The notes: generated by a model from the letters alone, not told the origin. A DNA stretch of 64,000 nucleotides from Acidimicrobiales bacterium (GCA_037968895.1 JBBKWJ010000286.1:9260-73259); one strand, 5' to 3'. Positions 32,439-43,191 are shown, numbered from the stretch's first letter. Translations and numbers: made by a program.

Positions 32439-32459
32439 CTGACTCGTTAAGCTAGCTCG

Positions 32460-32927
32460 GTGGCACAGACATACGAACTATCTCAAGAGGCCAAAGATCG
32501 ACTCCAAGCCGAGTACGACGACCTCACTACGCGCGGTCGAATAGAGATCGCGAAGAAGATCGAAACGGCCCGTGAAATGGGTGATCTTTCGGAGAACGGC
32601 GACTATCACGCCGCGAAAGAAGAGCAGGGAAAGATGGAGGGGCGAATCAACCATCTAGGTGGCCTCCTCGAAAACCATGTGATCGTCGGCAACGCGCCTG
32701 TCACCGAAGTGCGTGCGGGATGCGTCGTCTCCATTCGCTACGAAGGCGACGACGAGATCGAGAAGTTTCTGATCGGATCAATCGAAGAACGGCGCGAAGG
32801 CGTCACGGTGATGTCGCCGGGTTCACCGCTCGGAACAGCACTGACCGGAGCGAAGAAAGGTGACGTCGTGAGCTACAACTCGCCAGGCGGCACCATGTCG
32901 GTCACCGTCGTCGACTTCGAGGCATAG
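32460..32927 (+). CDS. greA: Transcription elongation factor GreA
   Basis: 155-aa ORF with coiled-coil tip residues (GDLSENGDYHAAKEEQ) and the C-terminal globular domain (SPGSPLGTAL.G.K.GD). Confidence 0.93.
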   Translation: MAQTYELSQEAKDRLQAEYDDLTTRGRIEIAKKIETAREMGDLSENGDYHAAKEEQGKMEGRINHLGGLLENHVIVGNAPVTEVRAGCVVSIRYEGDDEIEKFLIGSIEERREGVTVMSPGSPLGTALTGAKKGDVVSYNSPGGTMSVTVVDFEA

Positions 32928-32941
32928 CGCAAGGAATAGCC

Positions 32942-33589
32942 CTACCTCCAGCCGAGCGCCTTCTCGAGCTGCCGAGCAGCTCGCACCGTTGCGGCGCCAT
33001 GCCTGCCATCTGTGCCGAGGCGCTCAATTGGGCCAGACACGCTTATTGCGGCGCGGACGATGCCGTCGCGATCAACGACCGGCGCGCTCACTGAAGCAAC
33101 TCCCGGTTCTCGCTCACCAACCGACTCGGCATACCCGCCTGGCCCACAGCTGCCGACGAGGGCCCGAGCGGCCGACCCGCTCTGCATAGTGAGACGAGCG
33201 CCGACGCCAACAATCGTGCGTAGCCCGTAGGTCGATTCGATGGCGGCGACACAGACGCGTTCATCACCATCGCTCACATAGAGCTGAGCACTCTCGCCAG
33301 TCTCGTCACGCAATGCGGCCAGAACCGAAGGCGCTAGCTCCACAAGGGGCAATCGCTGCACAACCTTGTGGCCAAGACCGATACAGCGCAAGCCAAGGGC
33401 AAACCGACCATCATCAAGACGTCGCGCCATGCCATGAACTTCGAGCGCGGCGGCGAGGCGATGCGCAGTTGCTCGGGTTAGTCCGGTGGCGGCAGTCAAC
33501 TCAGCCAGCGAGCAAGGCGTTGTCTCAAGAGCTGAAATAATCGTCATGGCCTTGTCGAGGACGCCGACACCGCTTATGCTCATATCCAT
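32942..33589 (-). CDS. IclR-family transcriptional regulator (LtbR-like, divergent from leuCD)
   Basis: 215-aa ORF with an N-terminal wHTH ([40 protein letters not shown]) and an IclR effector domain. Divergent from leuC. Confidence 0.88.
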   Translation of the reverse strand: MDMSISGVGVLDKAMTIISALETTPCSLAELTAATGLTRATAHRLAAALEVHGMARRLDDGRFALGLRCIGLGHKVVQRLPLVELAPSVLAALRDETGESAQLYVSDGDERVCVAAIESTYGLRTIVGVGARLTMQSGSAARALVGSCGPGGYAESVGEREPGVASVSAPVVDRDGIVRAAISVSGPIERLGTDGRHGAATVRAARQLEKALGWR

Positions 33590-33593
33590 CAGC

Positions 33594-33609
33594 TGAGACT
33601 AGCGTCTCA
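33594..33609. promoter_or_regulatory. Perfect 16-bp palindrome TGAGAC-TAGC-GTCTCA in the IclR/leuC intergenic region (candidate operator)
   Basis: Read directly from the sequence. It lies 5 nt from the IclR start codon and 37 nt from the leuC ATG. A further TGAGA half-site occurs at 33615-33619. Confidence 0.55.
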
Positions 33610-33645
33610 ACATATGAGATTCAAGTCACACTCCAAGGAAGCACC

Positions 33646-35067
33646 ATGTCACAAAGCCCCCGCACACTGATCGAGAAGGTCTGGGACCGTCACGTCGTCA
33701 GCCACGGATCCGTCGGAGAGCCAGAGCTCCTCTACATCGACCTCCATTTGATCCACGAAGTCACCTCGCCGCAGGCGTTCGACGGCCTGCGAATCAGTGG
33801 ACGGACGGTGCGACGCCCTGATCTGACCGTTGCCACTGAAGACCACAATGTGCCGACCGAAAACATCGATCAGCCAATTGCCGACCCCATTAGCGCGAAG
33901 CAGATCGACACGCTTCGGGCCAACACCGCCGAGTTCGGCATCACTAACCATCCGATGGGCTCGCCCGGTCAAGGCATCGTGCACGTCATCGGCCCCGAGC
34001 AAGGGCTCACCCAGCCTGGAATGACCGTCGTCTGCGGCGACTCACATACCGCCACCCATGGCGCCTTTGGCGCAATCGCCTTCGGCATCGGTACCAGCGA
34101 AGTCGAGCATGTGCTCGCCACCCAGACGCTCCCCCAGGTTCGTCCAAAGACGATGTCAATCACGGTCAACGGTCAGCTCCAACCAGAGGCGACGGCCAAA
34201 GACATCATTCTTGCGATCATTGGCAAGATCGGCACCGGCGGCGGCATCGGCCACATCATTGAGTTCAGAGGCGATGCGATCACCAGCCTTTCGATGGAAG
34301 GCCGAATGACGGTCTGCAACATGACGATCGAAGCCGGCGCCAAGGCCGGTCTCATCGCACCCGACCAGACGACCTTCGACTACCTCAATGGCCGCGAGTT
34401 TGCGCCAAAGGGTGCTGACTGGGAAGCCGCCGTTGCCGACTGGACCACGCTGGTCACCGACGAGGGCGCTATCTTCGACGCCGAGATCACCCTCGACGCC
34501 GCCGACATCGGGCCATACGTCTCGTGGGGCACCAACCCCGGTCAGGTCGTTCCGCTCAGCGCCAACGTGCCCGCTCCTGGCGACTTTGCCGACGTCGGCG
34601 ATCAGAGCGCCGCCCAACGAGCCCTCGACTACATGGGCATTGCCGCCGGCACCCCAATGAAAGACATCCCAGTCGACACCGTCTTCATCGGCTCGTGCAC
34701 CAATTCACGAATTGAAGACCTCAGGGCCGCCGCAGTTGTGGCCAAGGGCCGGAAAGTTAAGGACGGTATGCGGACGTTAGTTGTTCCCGGCTCGTTCAAA
34801 GTGAAAGACCAAGCAATCGCAGAAGGTCTCGACACAATCTTTATCGAGGCTGGCTTTGACTGGCGTGAGCCTGGCTGTTCGATGTGCCTCGCAATGAACC
34901 CTGACAAGCTCGCCGTTGGCGAACGGTCGGCGTCAACGAGCAACCGCAACTTCGAGGGCCGCCAAGGTCGCGGTGGCCGAACCCACCTCGTGTCGCCAGC
35001 CGTCGCCGCCGCAACTGCAATCGCTGGTCACTTCGCCGCGCCGTCTGACCTAGCCGACCTCGCCTGA
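33646..35067 (+). CDS. leuC: 3-isopropylmalate dehydratase large subunit
   Basis: 473-aa aconitase-family ORF with Fe-S ligand regions ([22 protein letters not shown]). Confidence 0.95.
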   Translation: MSQSPRTLIEKVWDRHVVSHGSVGEPELLYIDLHLIHEVTSPQAFDGLRISGRTVRRPDLTVATEDHNVPTENIDQPIADPISAKQIDTLRANTAEFGITNHPMGSPGQGIVHVIGPEQGLTQPGMTVVCGDSHTATHGAFGAIAFGIGTSEVEHVLATQTLPQVRPKTMSITVNGQLQPEATAKDIILAIIGKIGTGGGIGHIIEFRGDAITSLSMEGRMTVCNMTIEAGAKAGLIAPDQTTFDYLNGREFAPKGADWEAAVADWTTLVTDEGAIFDAEITLDAADIGPYVSWGTNPGQVVPLSANVPAPGDFADVGDQSAAQRALDYMGIAAGTPMKDIPVDTVFIGSCTNSRIEDLRAAAVVAKGRKVKDGMRTLVVPGSFKVKDQAIAEGLDTIFIEAGFDWREPGCSMCLAMNPDKLAVGERSASTSNRNFEGRQGRGGRTHLVSPAVAAATAIAGHFAAPSDLADLA

Positions 35068-35106
35068 GCGCCACACGCCAAACCAAGTCTGAAAGAAGAA
35101 TTCATC

Positions 35107-35700
35107 ATGGAAGCAGTACAGATTGTCAGCGGAACCGCCGTTCCCCTTGACCGCAGCGATGTCGACACCGACCAGATCATCCCATCCGACTGGCTGAAAC
35201 GGGTCGAGCGCACTGGCTTTGAGAAGGGCTTGTTTTCTGAATGGAAAGATGATCCTTCATTCGTCATGAACGACGAGAAGTTTGCCGGTGCCTCGATCTT
35301 GGTTGCCGGGCCCAACTTCGGTGTCGGGTCATCTCGCGAACACGCGGTATGGGCCATCCAGCAAGCCGGGTTCCGGGCCGTCATCACCCCCCGATTTGGC
35401 GACATCTTCCGAAACAACTCAACCAAGAACGGGCTCGTTCCTGTTGTTGTTTCGGCCGAGCTTGGCACACGTCTTCTCCGTGAGGTTGAAGCCAACCCTG
35501 AGCTAGAGATCACCATCGACGTCGCCCGGCGAACGATTGAGGTGCCGGCCCTCGGCATCACCGAGTCGTTCCCCCTCGACGACTCAACCCAAGAGCGATT
35601 CCTTGAGGGCCTCGACGACATCGGCATCACCATGAGAACCACCGAAGCCATCGATACCTTCGAGTCGTCTCGACCCGCTTGGATGCCAGCCCAGAAGTAG
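35107..35700 (+). CDS. leuD: 3-isopropylmalate dehydratase small subunit
   Basis: 197-aa ORF; the GPNFGVGSSREHA swivel-domain motif. Confidence 0.95.
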   Translation: MEAVQIVSGTAVPLDRSDVDTDQIIPSDWLKRVERTGFEKGLFSEWKDDPSFVMNDEKFAGASILVAGPNFGVGSSREHAVWAIQQAGFRAVITPRFGDIFRNNSTKNGLVPVVVSAELGTRLLREVEANPELEITIDVARRTIEVPALGITESFPLDDSTQERFLEGLDDIGITMRTTEAIDTFESSRPAWMPAQK

Positions 35701-35791
35701 TTCGTTCGACCTAATTACGCTTTGCGGGAACCAGATCCTGCTGATCGATCGTCTGAAGGCTACACACACGCTCTAGCTGAAAAGACTCATC

Positions 35792-37879
35792 ATGCGCAGA
35801 CAACGCCAAATTCTGGTCCCCTTCATCGCCCTTCTGCTCGGCGCATCAGCGTGCACGAGCACAGAAGCAGCGAACGAGTCAATCGATCTTGGCTCTGACG
35901 AGGTCGTCCTTACGGGCGGTCTTCGTCGCGTCGATTCTTGTGACTCTCTGCTCAACGAGTTCAAGAAAATCGGCGCCGAGCACGTTGGACCGTATGGCTT
36001 TGGCGATGGCTGGTACGGGGGTCCAATGCCTATGGAAATGACAGACGTGGCGATGGAAGAGGGCGCTCCGGCCGAGACCACCTCAAGCGATAGCGCAGCC
36101 GGCGGCGAAGGCTCGTCATTCTCCGGGACCAACAATCAAGAGGCCAATGTCGACGAAGCCGACCTTGTCAAAACCGACGGGTCGCGGCTCGTTGTTGTCA
36201 CCGGGAACAAAGTGCGGGTCTTCGCCGTCACCGGCGACTCGCCTCAACTCACTACCACGATCACCCTGCCAGACAACGCCTACGGCGGCGAGATCTTTCT
36301 TAGCGGTGACCGTGCCTACTTGATGACAACAGGCTGGAGCCAATCACCTCTTCTTGACACCCTTTCTGTTCCTGGCTTCGCTGGCACCAACACGGCCAGA
36401 CTTCTCGAACTCAACCTCGTAGAGGGAACAGTCGGACGGGCAGTCGACATCGACGGCCAATATGTGTCGTCTCGTCAGGTCGGCGACACGATTCGGATCG
36501 TGCTTTCAGCCACGAGTCAGAACTTCCCGTTTGTCTACCCATCGAATCCGGGAGCCGAAGAATCGGCAAAGAAGGCCAATCAAGATCTTCTCGCCGAGTC
36601 GTCAATCGAGATGTGGCTCCCCAGCTACCGATTGAGCGACGGTGAGAGCACCATCGCCGACGGCATGCTCGTCCCCTGCAACCGCATGTACCTACCAACC
36701 GAGTTCTCCGGATTCGGAACGGTGTCGGTCTTGACCATCGACACCAACGAAGGATTAACCCCACAGTCAATCGGATCGGAGACCTCGCTTGGCGTGATGT
36801 CTTCTGGCGAGACCGTCTACTCATCAACCAACCGTATGGCAATCGCAACCGCCCGCTGGCCACAGTTCGATGGCAACGGCGAACCCGAAGTCGTTGACGA
36901 CTACACCACCGCAATCCACACCTTCGACATCAGCAATCCAGACACCACCGAGTACGTCGCTTCTGGATCAGTTGATGGCCATCTCCTCAGCCAATACGCC
37001 ATGAGCGAATTCGACGGTTACCTCCGAGTTGCGACCACTGAGGGCGCACTCTGGTGGACCAACGAATCGAGCGAGAGTTCCGTCGTGATCCTCCAAGAGA
37101 ACGGCAACGAGCTGAAAACAGTTGGCGAAGTTGGCGGCCTCGGCAAGGGCGAACAGATCTTCGCTGTCCGTTTCATGGATGACCGGGCTTACGTAGTCAC
37201 CTTCCGCCAAACCGATCCGCTGTACGTGATCGACCTCTCCGATCCGACCAATCCGGTCACAAAGGGTGAACTCAAGATCCCCGGCTTCTCGGCCTACCTC
37301 CATCCGCTGCCGGACAACCGCCTCCTTGGCATAGGCCAGGACGGAACCGAAGACGGGCGAACGACCGGTGCCGCGATTTCCTTGTTCGATGTGAGCGACC
37401 CCGCCAACCCAACCAGGATCCAAGTCCAGAACCTCGGCGAAAATAGCTACTCAGCCGTCGATTGGGATGCCAAGGCCTTCACATGGTGGGAGCCATCAGC
37501 GACAGGATTCGTACCGATTAGCTGGTGGAACTACGACGAGGCAAGTGGCGGCGAAGACAACGGCTCAGCTGCAGTCGCAGTCCACATTGGATCCGAAGGT
37601 ATCGAAGAGCTCGGCCGCATCTCACACCCAAAGGTCAGCCAGTGCGAAGGTCCAGACGGAATGGTGCCTGCACCAGAACCACTTGAATCCGACGACGCTG
37701 AGGCCGCTCTGATAGAGACACAGCCGGTGGCCGAAGGTGAGCCATACTGCTGGAGCTATCAAGCCGAGATTCGTCGGACCATTGTCATCGACAACAAGGT
37801 CTACACCGTCTCCGACGCTGGCCTTAAGGTCAATGCCCTCGACGGACTGGCTGAACTCAGCTGGACCGCCTTTAGCTAA
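35792..37879 (+). CDS. Secreted lipoprotein with C-terminal beta-propeller domain
   Basis: 695-aa ORF with lipobox LLLGASACTS. Contains segments typical of the bacterial 'beta propeller domain' family (FRQTDPLYVIDLSDPTNPVTKGELKIPGFSAYLHP). Confidence 0.72.
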   Translation: MRRQRQILVPFIALLLGASACTSTEAANESIDLGSDEVVLTGGLRRVDSCDSLLNEFKKIGAEHVGPYGFGDGWYGGPMPMEMTDVAMEEGAPAETTSSDSAAGGEGSSFSGTNNQEANVDEADLVKTDGSRLVVVTGNKVRVFAVTGDSPQLTTTITLPDNAYGGEIFLSGDRAYLMTTGWSQSPLLDTLSVPGFAGTNTARLLELNLVEGTVGRAVDIDGQYVSSRQVGDTIRIVLSATSQNFPFVYPSNPGAEESAKKANQDLLAESSIEMWLPSYRLSDGESTIADGMLVPCNRMYLPTEFSGFGTVSVLTIDTNEGLTPQSIGSETSLGVMSSGETVYSSTNRMAIATARWPQFDGNGEPEVVDDYTTAIHTFDISNPDTTEYVASGSVDGHLLSQYAMSEFDGYLRVATTEGALWWTNESSESSVVILQENGNELKTVGEVGGLGKGEQIFAVRFMDDRAYVVTFRQTDPLYVIDLSDPTNPVTKGELKIPGFSAYLHPLPDNRLLGIGQDGTEDGRTTGAAISLFDVSDPANPTRIQVQNLGENSYSAVDWDAKAFTWWEPSATGFVPISWWNYDEASGGEDNGSAAVAVHIGSEGIEELGRISHPKVSQCEGPDGMVPAPEPLESDDAEAALIETQPVAEGEPYCWSYQAEIRRTIVIDNKVYTVSDAGLKVNALDGLAELSWTAFS

Positions 37880-39444
37880 CCCAGGCGCACGCGGTCGACG
37901 CTGCTGATGCCGTCGATCGCGACCAAGGCCGCAACGATTGAGTCGGGAATCGGCTCACGAACCGAGATGACCATGATGGCGCCGTGGCCGGTCGGGGTGC
38001 GGCCGACGTCCATGTTGTCGATGTTGAAGCCAGCATCACCGAGCAATGTTCCAACGATACCGATGACCCCAGGCCGGTCGTCATTGCGTACGACGAGCAT
38101 GTTGTCAGCCGGTGGAATGTCGATAATCGACGCATCGAGGCGAACCAGACGGGCTTCGTCTCGTCGACCCATGACGGTTGCGGCGATACGGCGTCCGCCG
38201 CCCCTGATCGCAAGGCGATTGACAAAGTCGTTCGGTGTCGACGACTGCACTGGCACGACGCTGATACCACGGTCGGCCAAGATGCTATTGGCGTTGACAT
38301 AGGAGACCGGATCGTCGGTTGAAACGCTCAGCATGCCTTTGATCGCAGCAAGTGTTGCCAAGCGGTTGTCGAACCCACCAATGTCACCCTCAAATACGAC
38401 CTCGATGTCAGTGGGCAACGTGCCAACGATGCTGGCAAAGATCGCCCCAAGCTGTTCGGCCAGAGGCAAGTATGGCTTCAGGGCCTCTGCGACCTCGGCG
38501 GCGTCGATATTGACGGCGAACGGCACGAAGTCACCAGCGAGCGCAAGGGCTACTTGGCCTGCGATCGTGACGCCGGCCTTGTCTTGGGCCTCTACGGTTG
38601 AAGCCCCAAGGTGCGGTGTCGCAATAACCTGAGGCAGCGAGAAGAGCGGCGAATCGGTGCATGGCTCAGAGTCGAATACGTCAAGACCGGCGCCAGCAAC
38701 TTTGCCGGAGATGATGCCGTCGTATAGTTCGGACTCGTTAACGATGCCGCCGCGTGCGACATTAATGATCCGAATTCCGTCCTTGGCCTTGCTTAAGAAA
38801 TCGGCCCCGATAAGCCCGATGGTTTCTGGAGTCTTCGCAACATGGACCGTCACGATGTCTGACCGTTTGGCGAGCTCGTCTAAACCAACGAGTTCGACCG
38901 AGAGCTGACCAGCTCGATCGGCGGAAATGTATGGGTCGTAAGCGATGAGTTTCATGTCGAAGGCCAGCGCTCGCTGGGCGACCAGTTTGCCAATTCGACC
39001 AAGGCCGATAATGCCAAGCGTCTTGTGCTGGAGCTCGATACCTGTCCACTTTGACCGTTCCCAGCGCCCTAGAGCAAGTGCCGCGCTGGCCTGAGGAGTG
39101 TTGCGAGCCAGGGCCAGGATCAATGCCATCGTCTGCTCGGCGGCTGACACCACGTTCGATTGTGGTGCATTGACCACCATGACTCCGGCCTTGGTAGCCG
39201 CATCAACATCGACGTTGTCGAGACCAACTCCGGCTCGGCCAATGACGACCATCTCGTCAGCCGCAGCAAGAACTTCTTCGGTGACAGTGGTTGCGCTTCG
39301 AATGATGAGGCCGTGGGCACCCTTCACTGCGCCGACGAGCTGCTTAGGGTCGAGCCCTAATTGCACGTCAACGTCGTGACCAGCAGAACGCAGCTGGTCG
39401 AGTCCAGCATCAGCGATTTCCTCAGTAACCAAAATACGAGCCAT
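37876..39444 (-). CDS. serA: D-3-phosphoglycerate dehydrogenase (long form with ASB/ACT domains)
   Basis: 522-aa ORF with NAD fold GIIGLGRIGKLVA, catalytic ARGG...TPHLGAST, and a C-terminal ACT-like region. Confidence 0.95.
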   Translation of the reverse strand: MARILVTEEIADAGLDQLRSAGHDVDVQLGLDPKQLVGAVKGAHGLIIRSATTVTEEVLAAADEMVVIGRAGVGLDNVDVDAATKAGVMVVNAPQSNVVSAAEQTMALILALARNTPQASAALALGRWERSKWTGIELQHKTLGIIGLGRIGKLVAQRALAFDMKLIAYDPYISADRAGQLSVELVGLDELAKRSDIVTVHVAKTPETIGLIGADFLSKAKDGIRIINVARGGIVNESELYDGIISGKVAGAGLDVFDSEPCTDSPLFSLPQVIATPHLGASTVEAQDKAGVTIAGQVALALAGDFVPFAVNIDAAEVAEALKPYLPLAEQLGAIFASIVGTLPTDIEVVFEGDIGGFDNRLATLAAIKGMLSVSTDDPVSYVNANSILADRGISVVPVQSSTPNDFVNRLAIRGGGRRIAATVMGRRDEARLVRLDASIIDIPPADNMLVVRNDDRPGVIGIVGTLLGDAGFNIDNMDVGRTPTGHGAIMVISVREPIPDSIVAALVAIDGISSVDRVRLG

Positions 39445-39519
39445 TGGGTAAGGATTACCCCGTTGAGCCAGACACCGCTACGACATCGACCACTTTCAAC
39501 AAACTAGTAGAGAGCGACG

Positions 39520-40212
39520 CTATTTTGCCCGGGAGGCGACGACCCAGAAGCCGGACCCTGCCCTCGCAGTCACGCCAGTCCAGCGGCCTGGTAGCGCACG
39601 GAGCACATCCTCTGGTGGCAGATGAATCGGGGTCTGGTCGCCAAGCGAATTGACCCACATCAGGACGCCCGTATCGTTCAGAACCCGATCAACCTCGCTG
39701 GGAAACAACAGCATGTTGACGCAAAGAACCGCATCAACCGAGCTATTCCGCACGGGCAGCTGCGACGAATCCCCCTGGACCTGGGGTGCGAGGTTTGGGT
39801 CGGCGTGCTCGAGCATTTGCCTGGCCAGATCGAGAGCCACCACGTTGATGCCTGCCTTTCGCAGAACCGCTGTCCCCGCCCCGGTGCCAGATCCCAGCTC
39901 AAGCCATTGGCCGTCACGGGGAACCCCGCCGCGTTCAATTCCGTCGACGATTGAAGCCGCTCGAGGCTCATCAGCCCGTTTACCCCACTCGGCCGCCATC
40001 GAATTGAAGAGTTCACCAACTTTGCGGGCCCTATCCTTGTCCCACGAGCCATCAAACGCGACTCGCCGAGTGACCTTCCGCATTGGGTGGTCAGGGCCAG
40101 CGAATGGTTCGGGATCGATCGTTCCAGGGGCGTCAGGGAGCTGGCGAATCATCTGAAGAGTCTGGCCGCTATGGCTGGCGCCGTCCAGATCGGTTGTTAG
40201 CGTCTTGTACAT
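39520..40212 (-). CDS. Class I SAM-dependent methyltransferase
   Basis: SAM motif I WLELGSGTGAGT and motif II-like DAVLCVNMLLF. Start uncertain: ATG 40212 has GGGTGAG upstream, and ATG 40152 and the track start at 40263 are alternatives. Confidence 0.78.
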   Translation of the reverse strand: MYKTLTTDLDGASHSGQTLQMIRQLPDAPGTIDPEPFAGPDHPMRKVTRRVAFDGSWDKDRARKVGELFNSMAAEWGKRADEPRAASIVDGIERGGVPRDGQWLELGSGTGAGTAVLRKAGINVVALDLARQMLEHADPNLAPQVQGDSSQLPVRNSSVDAVLCVNMLLFPSEVDRVLNDTGVLMWVNSLGDQTPIHLPPEDVLRALPGRWTGVTARAGSGFWVVASRAK

Positions 40213-41437
40213 GGTCGCACTCACCCTAAAGACATCGATCGAGCCGTCGCCCGACTTTCTCAACCTCGACTGGACAACACCCCTCGATCAGTGGCCAGAC
40301 GAGACAGCCGTTCGGCTACCAAGAGGACGCCACCGCCACGTGGTCCGATTCATCAGTCACGGAGGTCAATTTTTTGCGTTAAAGGAGCTACCTGGTCGCC
40401 TTGCAGAGCTCGAATATCGTAACCTCGAGTTCCTCCAAGAGGCCGATCTGCCCGTCGTTGGACTTGTCGGCATCGTTACTGAACGTGTGTCGGCCGATGG
40501 TGATCACCTTGACTCAATTCTGATCACCAGGCACCTCTCGTACTCACTGCCCTACTTACATCTCTTTGCTGGTGAGGCTTCGGCGTCACTACACCTTCGC
40601 GTCGTCGACGCGCTCGCCATTTTGCTCGTTCGTCTTCACCTCAATGGCTTCTACTGGGGTGATTGTTCGCTCGGCAACGCACTGTTTCGGCGAGACGCAG
40701 GTGCCCTCATGGCCTACATCGTCGACACCGAGACATCGGCCATCCATGACGAACTTTCCAGCGGCCAGCGTGAACTCGATTTGTCGATCGCGACCGACAA
40801 CTTTGCGGGCGGGCTCTTCGAACTCGAGAGCATGGGCAAGCTCAGGAAAGACATCGATCCGATCGAGGTTGTCGAGCTTCTGCAAGTTCGCTACGACCAG
40901 CTGTGGAACGAATTGACCAAGACCGAAATCGTCGACTCAACCGAGTTATGGCAGATTCAGCGCAGGCTCGACAATCTCAATGAACTTGGCTTCGACACTA
41001 TTGAACTTCAGATTGTTGAGCGAGAGGGAAAGCGTCGTGTCGAGTTCAGCCCTCGCGTCGTTGAAGAAGGTCACCACCGACGCGAGCTCATGAAGCTGAC
41101 GAGCATCTCGGCGCAAGAGAACCAAGCCAGACGACTTCTTAGCGCCCTGTATGGCTACGGCGCATGGCTAGCCGAACGTGAGGGGGTCGACCTCCCATCC
41201 GCCATGCAGGCGTATCGCTGGTTGGTGGAGCGCTACCACCCGACACTCGACGCCATTCCAGCCGAGCTTCGGTCGAAACTCTACGACGCCGAGCTCTACC
41301 ACCAGATCCTCGATCACCTGTGGTTCATGTCAGAGGCTGCCGGGGCCGACGTTGGCATCGATACTGCTGTCATTGACTACGTCGACCGCGTCCTCAAAGC
41401 CAAGCCGGACGAGCGAGTCATCATCGAGGCCGAGTAG
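40211..41437 (+). CDS. DUF4032-like protein (kinase-like N-terminal fold)
   Basis: About 408 aa. The N-terminal pattern LDWTTPLDQWPDE..VRLPRGRHRHVVRFI...FALKELP matches my memory of the DUF4032 family. Start is ATG 40211 or TTG 40205. Confidence 0.68.
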   Translation: MVALTLKTSIEPSPDFLNLDWTTPLDQWPDETAVRLPRGRHRHVVRFISHGGQFFALKELPGRLAELEYRNLEFLQEADLPVVGLVGIVTERVSADGDHLDSILITRHLSYSLPYLHLFAGEASASLHLRVVDALAILLVRLHLNGFYWGDCSLGNALFRRDAGALMAYIVDTETSAIHDELSSGQRELDLSIATDNFAGGLFELESMGKLRKDIDPIEVVELLQVRYDQLWNELTKTEIVDSTELWQIQRRLDNLNELGFDTIELQIVEREGKRRVEFSPRVVEEGHHRRELMKLTSISAQENQARRLLSALYGYGAWLAEREGVDLPSAMQAYRWLVERYHPTLDAIPAELRSKLYDAELYHQILDHLWFMSEAAGADVGIDTAVIDYVDRVLKAKPDERVIIEAE

Positions 41438-42287
41438 TCGCTTGGCTCGCAAACCACTTGAGGATGTCGTCTGCAATTCGCACAGGGTCCTGCAACGGCC
41501 CGAAGTGGGTGAGATCGAGGTACTCGACCAGTGTGAGGTGATCGTATGCCTCGGCCGCGGCGTACGTCATCGTGGCCGGTGGCTGCCCATCACCGCTCGC
41601 GGCAATGGCAAAGGGAAACTGCGCCGTTCCGGCCGCTTCAAACGCCCCGGCGCTGTGGTGCTCAAAAACGCTTGCTTCGTTCTCGGGTGTGCACCGAAGC
41701 TCAACACTGCCGTCTGGCATATCGACAAAGCCATGATCGACGTACGCCTGCAATGCCTCTGGGGCCAGCAAGCTCAGGGGTGGTCGTGAGGCATACCGTT
41801 TGTATACGTCGGCCCGTGAAGCGAAGTTGCGCCGCCGTTTCCGCGCTCCTTGAGCAATTCCAGGAGCGTCGCTCCCCGCGTCGACTTTGCCTCGCCGAAA
41901 CAAGATCGGCTCAAAGGCCCATGCCGCTAGAAACTGCGATGGCCTCATCTCGGCCGCGAGCGCTATGGCGGCGCCGCCCATCGAATGGCCCACCGCTCTC
42001 ACGGGGCCGCCGTCGCTGTACTTGTCGATGACCGCTAGAAGGTCGTTGGCCATGCCGCTCCACACCAACTCGACGCCGTCAGGGAGAAGAGTCTGGCCGT
42101 GGGCCCGAAGGTCAAAGGCGACGCAGTGATACTCCCCCGCCAGCGTCTCAATCAGCGGCGCCCACACTCCGCCACAGAACCCAGTGGCATGACACAAGAC
42201 GACGAGAGGCCCCTCGCCACCAAAATCGTAGGTAGCCACTTCAACGCCATCGGTTGATGACACAAACAAGGGTTCAGGAAGACGCAC
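41421..42287 (-). CDS. Alpha/beta hydrolase
   Basis: 288-aa ORF with LVVLCHATGF and the nucleophile elbow GHSMGG. Confidence 0.85.
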   Translation of the reverse strand: MRLPEPLFVSSTDGVEVATYDFGGEGPLVVLCHATGFCGGVWAPLIETLAGEYHCVAFDLRAHGQTLLPDGVELVWSGMANDLLAVIDKYSDGGPVRAVGHSMGGAAIALAAEMRPSQFLAAWAFEPILFRRGKVDAGSDAPGIAQGARKRRRNFASRADVYKRYASRPPLSLLAPEALQAYVDHGFVDMPDGSVELRCTPENEASVFEHHSAGAFEAAGTAQFPFAIAASGDGQPPATMTYAAAEAYDHLTLVEYLDLTHFGPLQDPVRIADDILKWFASQATTRPR

Positions 42288-42360
42288 CCCGACATTGTGC
42301 TCAGACGACTCCGATCGCCGCCAATCGGGCCCGGTCGAACCCCAGTGCTAGATTGCGGCC

Positions 42361-43107
42361 ATGTTGCATCGAGTCTGGTTCGGCGATGACGCCAACCCGC
42401 TGACGCCAATCGTCTTACTCCACGAAGGTTTGGGATCGGTGTCGTCGTGGGGATCGTTTCCGGAGCGACTCGCTGACGAACTCGGGCGGCGGGTCTTGGC
42501 CTACGACCGGTTGGGGTATGGCGAATCGCCGGCCAACCCTGGACCATGGGGTGCTGACTTCATGCACCGCGAGGCTGCTGCGCTTGCCGACCTCCTGCGG
42601 TCCGAGGGCCTTACCGAGGTGATCCTCATCGGGCATTCCGATGGCGGTTCGATCAGCTTGCTGTATCCCGCCGTCATTGGCGGCGCCACAGCCCCGCTCA
42701 TTACCGGCATCGTCTCGATATCCGCTCACACCTTCCTCGAACCCGTCACGGTGACCGCGATCCAGCGTTTGCGAGCGGGTTTTGCCGACGGGCTAAGAAG
42801 GGGTCTCGCCCGACATCACGCTGATGTTGACGCAACCTTCGAGGCCTGGTCGGGAGTGTGGGTCTCTGACCGATTCAGCACGTGGGCGATCGACGACGAC
42901 CTCAGTGCAGTCGAATGCCCGGTGCTCGCCATTCAAGGCACCGACGACAGTTACGGCTCGTGGCGACAAGTTGAGCGCCTTGCCGACGGCGTCACCGGGC
43001 CAACAACGATCGTCGAACTCGATGGAGTTGACCACTGGCCTCATCGTGAGGCGACCAACGACGTTGTCCGCGAGATTCGCTTGTTCCTCGCAACGCACGA
43101 CCTCTAA
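42361..43107 (+). CDS. Alpha/beta hydrolase
   Basis: 248-aa ORF with VLLHEGLGS, nucleophile elbow GHSDGG, and the C-terminal His region DHWPH. Confidence 0.85.
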   Translation: MLHRVWFGDDANPLTPIVLLHEGLGSVSSWGSFPERLADELGRRVLAYDRLGYGESPANPGPWGADFMHREAAALADLLRSEGLTEVILIGHSDGGSISLLYPAVIGGATAPLITGIVSISAHTFLEPVTVTAIQRLRAGFADGLRRGLARHHADVDATFEAWSGVWVSDRFSTWAIDDDLSAVECPVLAIQGTDDSYGSWRQVERLADGVTGPTTIVELDGVDHWPHREATNDVVREIRLFLATHDL

Positions 43108-43164
43108 CGCCTCAAAGAAATTCTTCAAAATTCTTTTCTGACCAGGCAAAACGCACCGGTCGTT

Positions 43165-43191
43165 GTCACACCCCCTAAGTAGTGTTTACTC
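43165..43191 (+). repeat. Conserved 5' motif shared by both DUF222 loci (copy B)
   Basis: GTCACACCCCCTAAGTAGTGTTTACTC directly abuts ATG 43192. All three forward frames through it contain stops, so it is non-coding here. Confidence 0.7.

Noticed and set aside
35028-35651. 207-aa minus ORF.
   Set aside because: Antisense shadow of leuD and the leuC 3' end; Ser/Arg-rich.
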